A stretch of 64,000 nt of DNA from Clostridium sp. (GTDB lineage: Bacteria; Bacillota; Clostridia; Clostridiales; Clostridiaceae), in the NCBI RefSeq assembly GCF_016650035.1, contig NZ_JAENWM010000004.1:5896-69895 (forward strand), written 5' to 3'. This document shows, piece after piece, positions 63,986-64,000 of the stretch; positions within the stretch are counted from its first letter, which is position 1, and every line of letters begins with the position of its first letter. The position numbers and the translations under genes were made by a program. Under the pieces are notes generated by a model. The model was not told where the DNA came from. It did not search any database and saw only the letters and a program-made list of their open reading frames with translations.

Positions 63986-64000
63986 TTAATTACCCCCTTG

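Noticed and set aside
1-64000. CRISPR arrays, tRNA, rRNA, intact transposases or known defence systems
   Set aside because: No regularly spaced repeats, RNA gene signatures or matching ORFs were seen by eye.

Overview
A 64 kb stretch of a low-GC, endospore-forming Clostridium chromosome (genus inferred from gene order and protein sequences). Nearly all genes lie on the minus strand. About 25.4-64 kb is conserved core: spoIVA-gpsA-der-DUF512, phoP-phoR-phoU with a degenerate PstS-like lipoprotein, pgeF-nrdR-ylmC, spoIIGA-sigE-(sigG), ftsA-ftsZ, pilT, sigK, a PBP, udk-U32-O-methyltransferase, mltG, typA, fur, ruvX, ireB, alaS with an Ala T-box, mnmA-iscU-iscS-iscR. About 1-25.4 kb is accessory. 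It holds a multi-domain cell-wall protein; a 6.4 kb pseudogene field (ABC pair, two-component system, nitroreductase, resolvase, thioredoxin-like, nth) around an intact uppP; kbl-tdh; a NiCo-riboswitch-led CDF exporter; and shredded phage-like fragments next to spoIVA. The best candidate for an undescribed system is the 13-24.3 kb cassette: a HutC-type GntR, a sigma54 activator, an Fe-S cysteine desulfidase, an opine dehydrogenase, a URO-D-fold enzyme without UroD motifs and a dedicated ECF importer. Two of its promoter regions share a 22 bp palindromic operator, and most of it lies between two near-identical copies of the NiCo riboswitch 3' end. Second highlight: the gene at the sigG position is a divergent, open, 181 aa sigma that lacks region 4 but keeps a sigmaF-type promoter and a terminator. 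All assignments come from reading the sequence and recalling motifs; no database searches were run.
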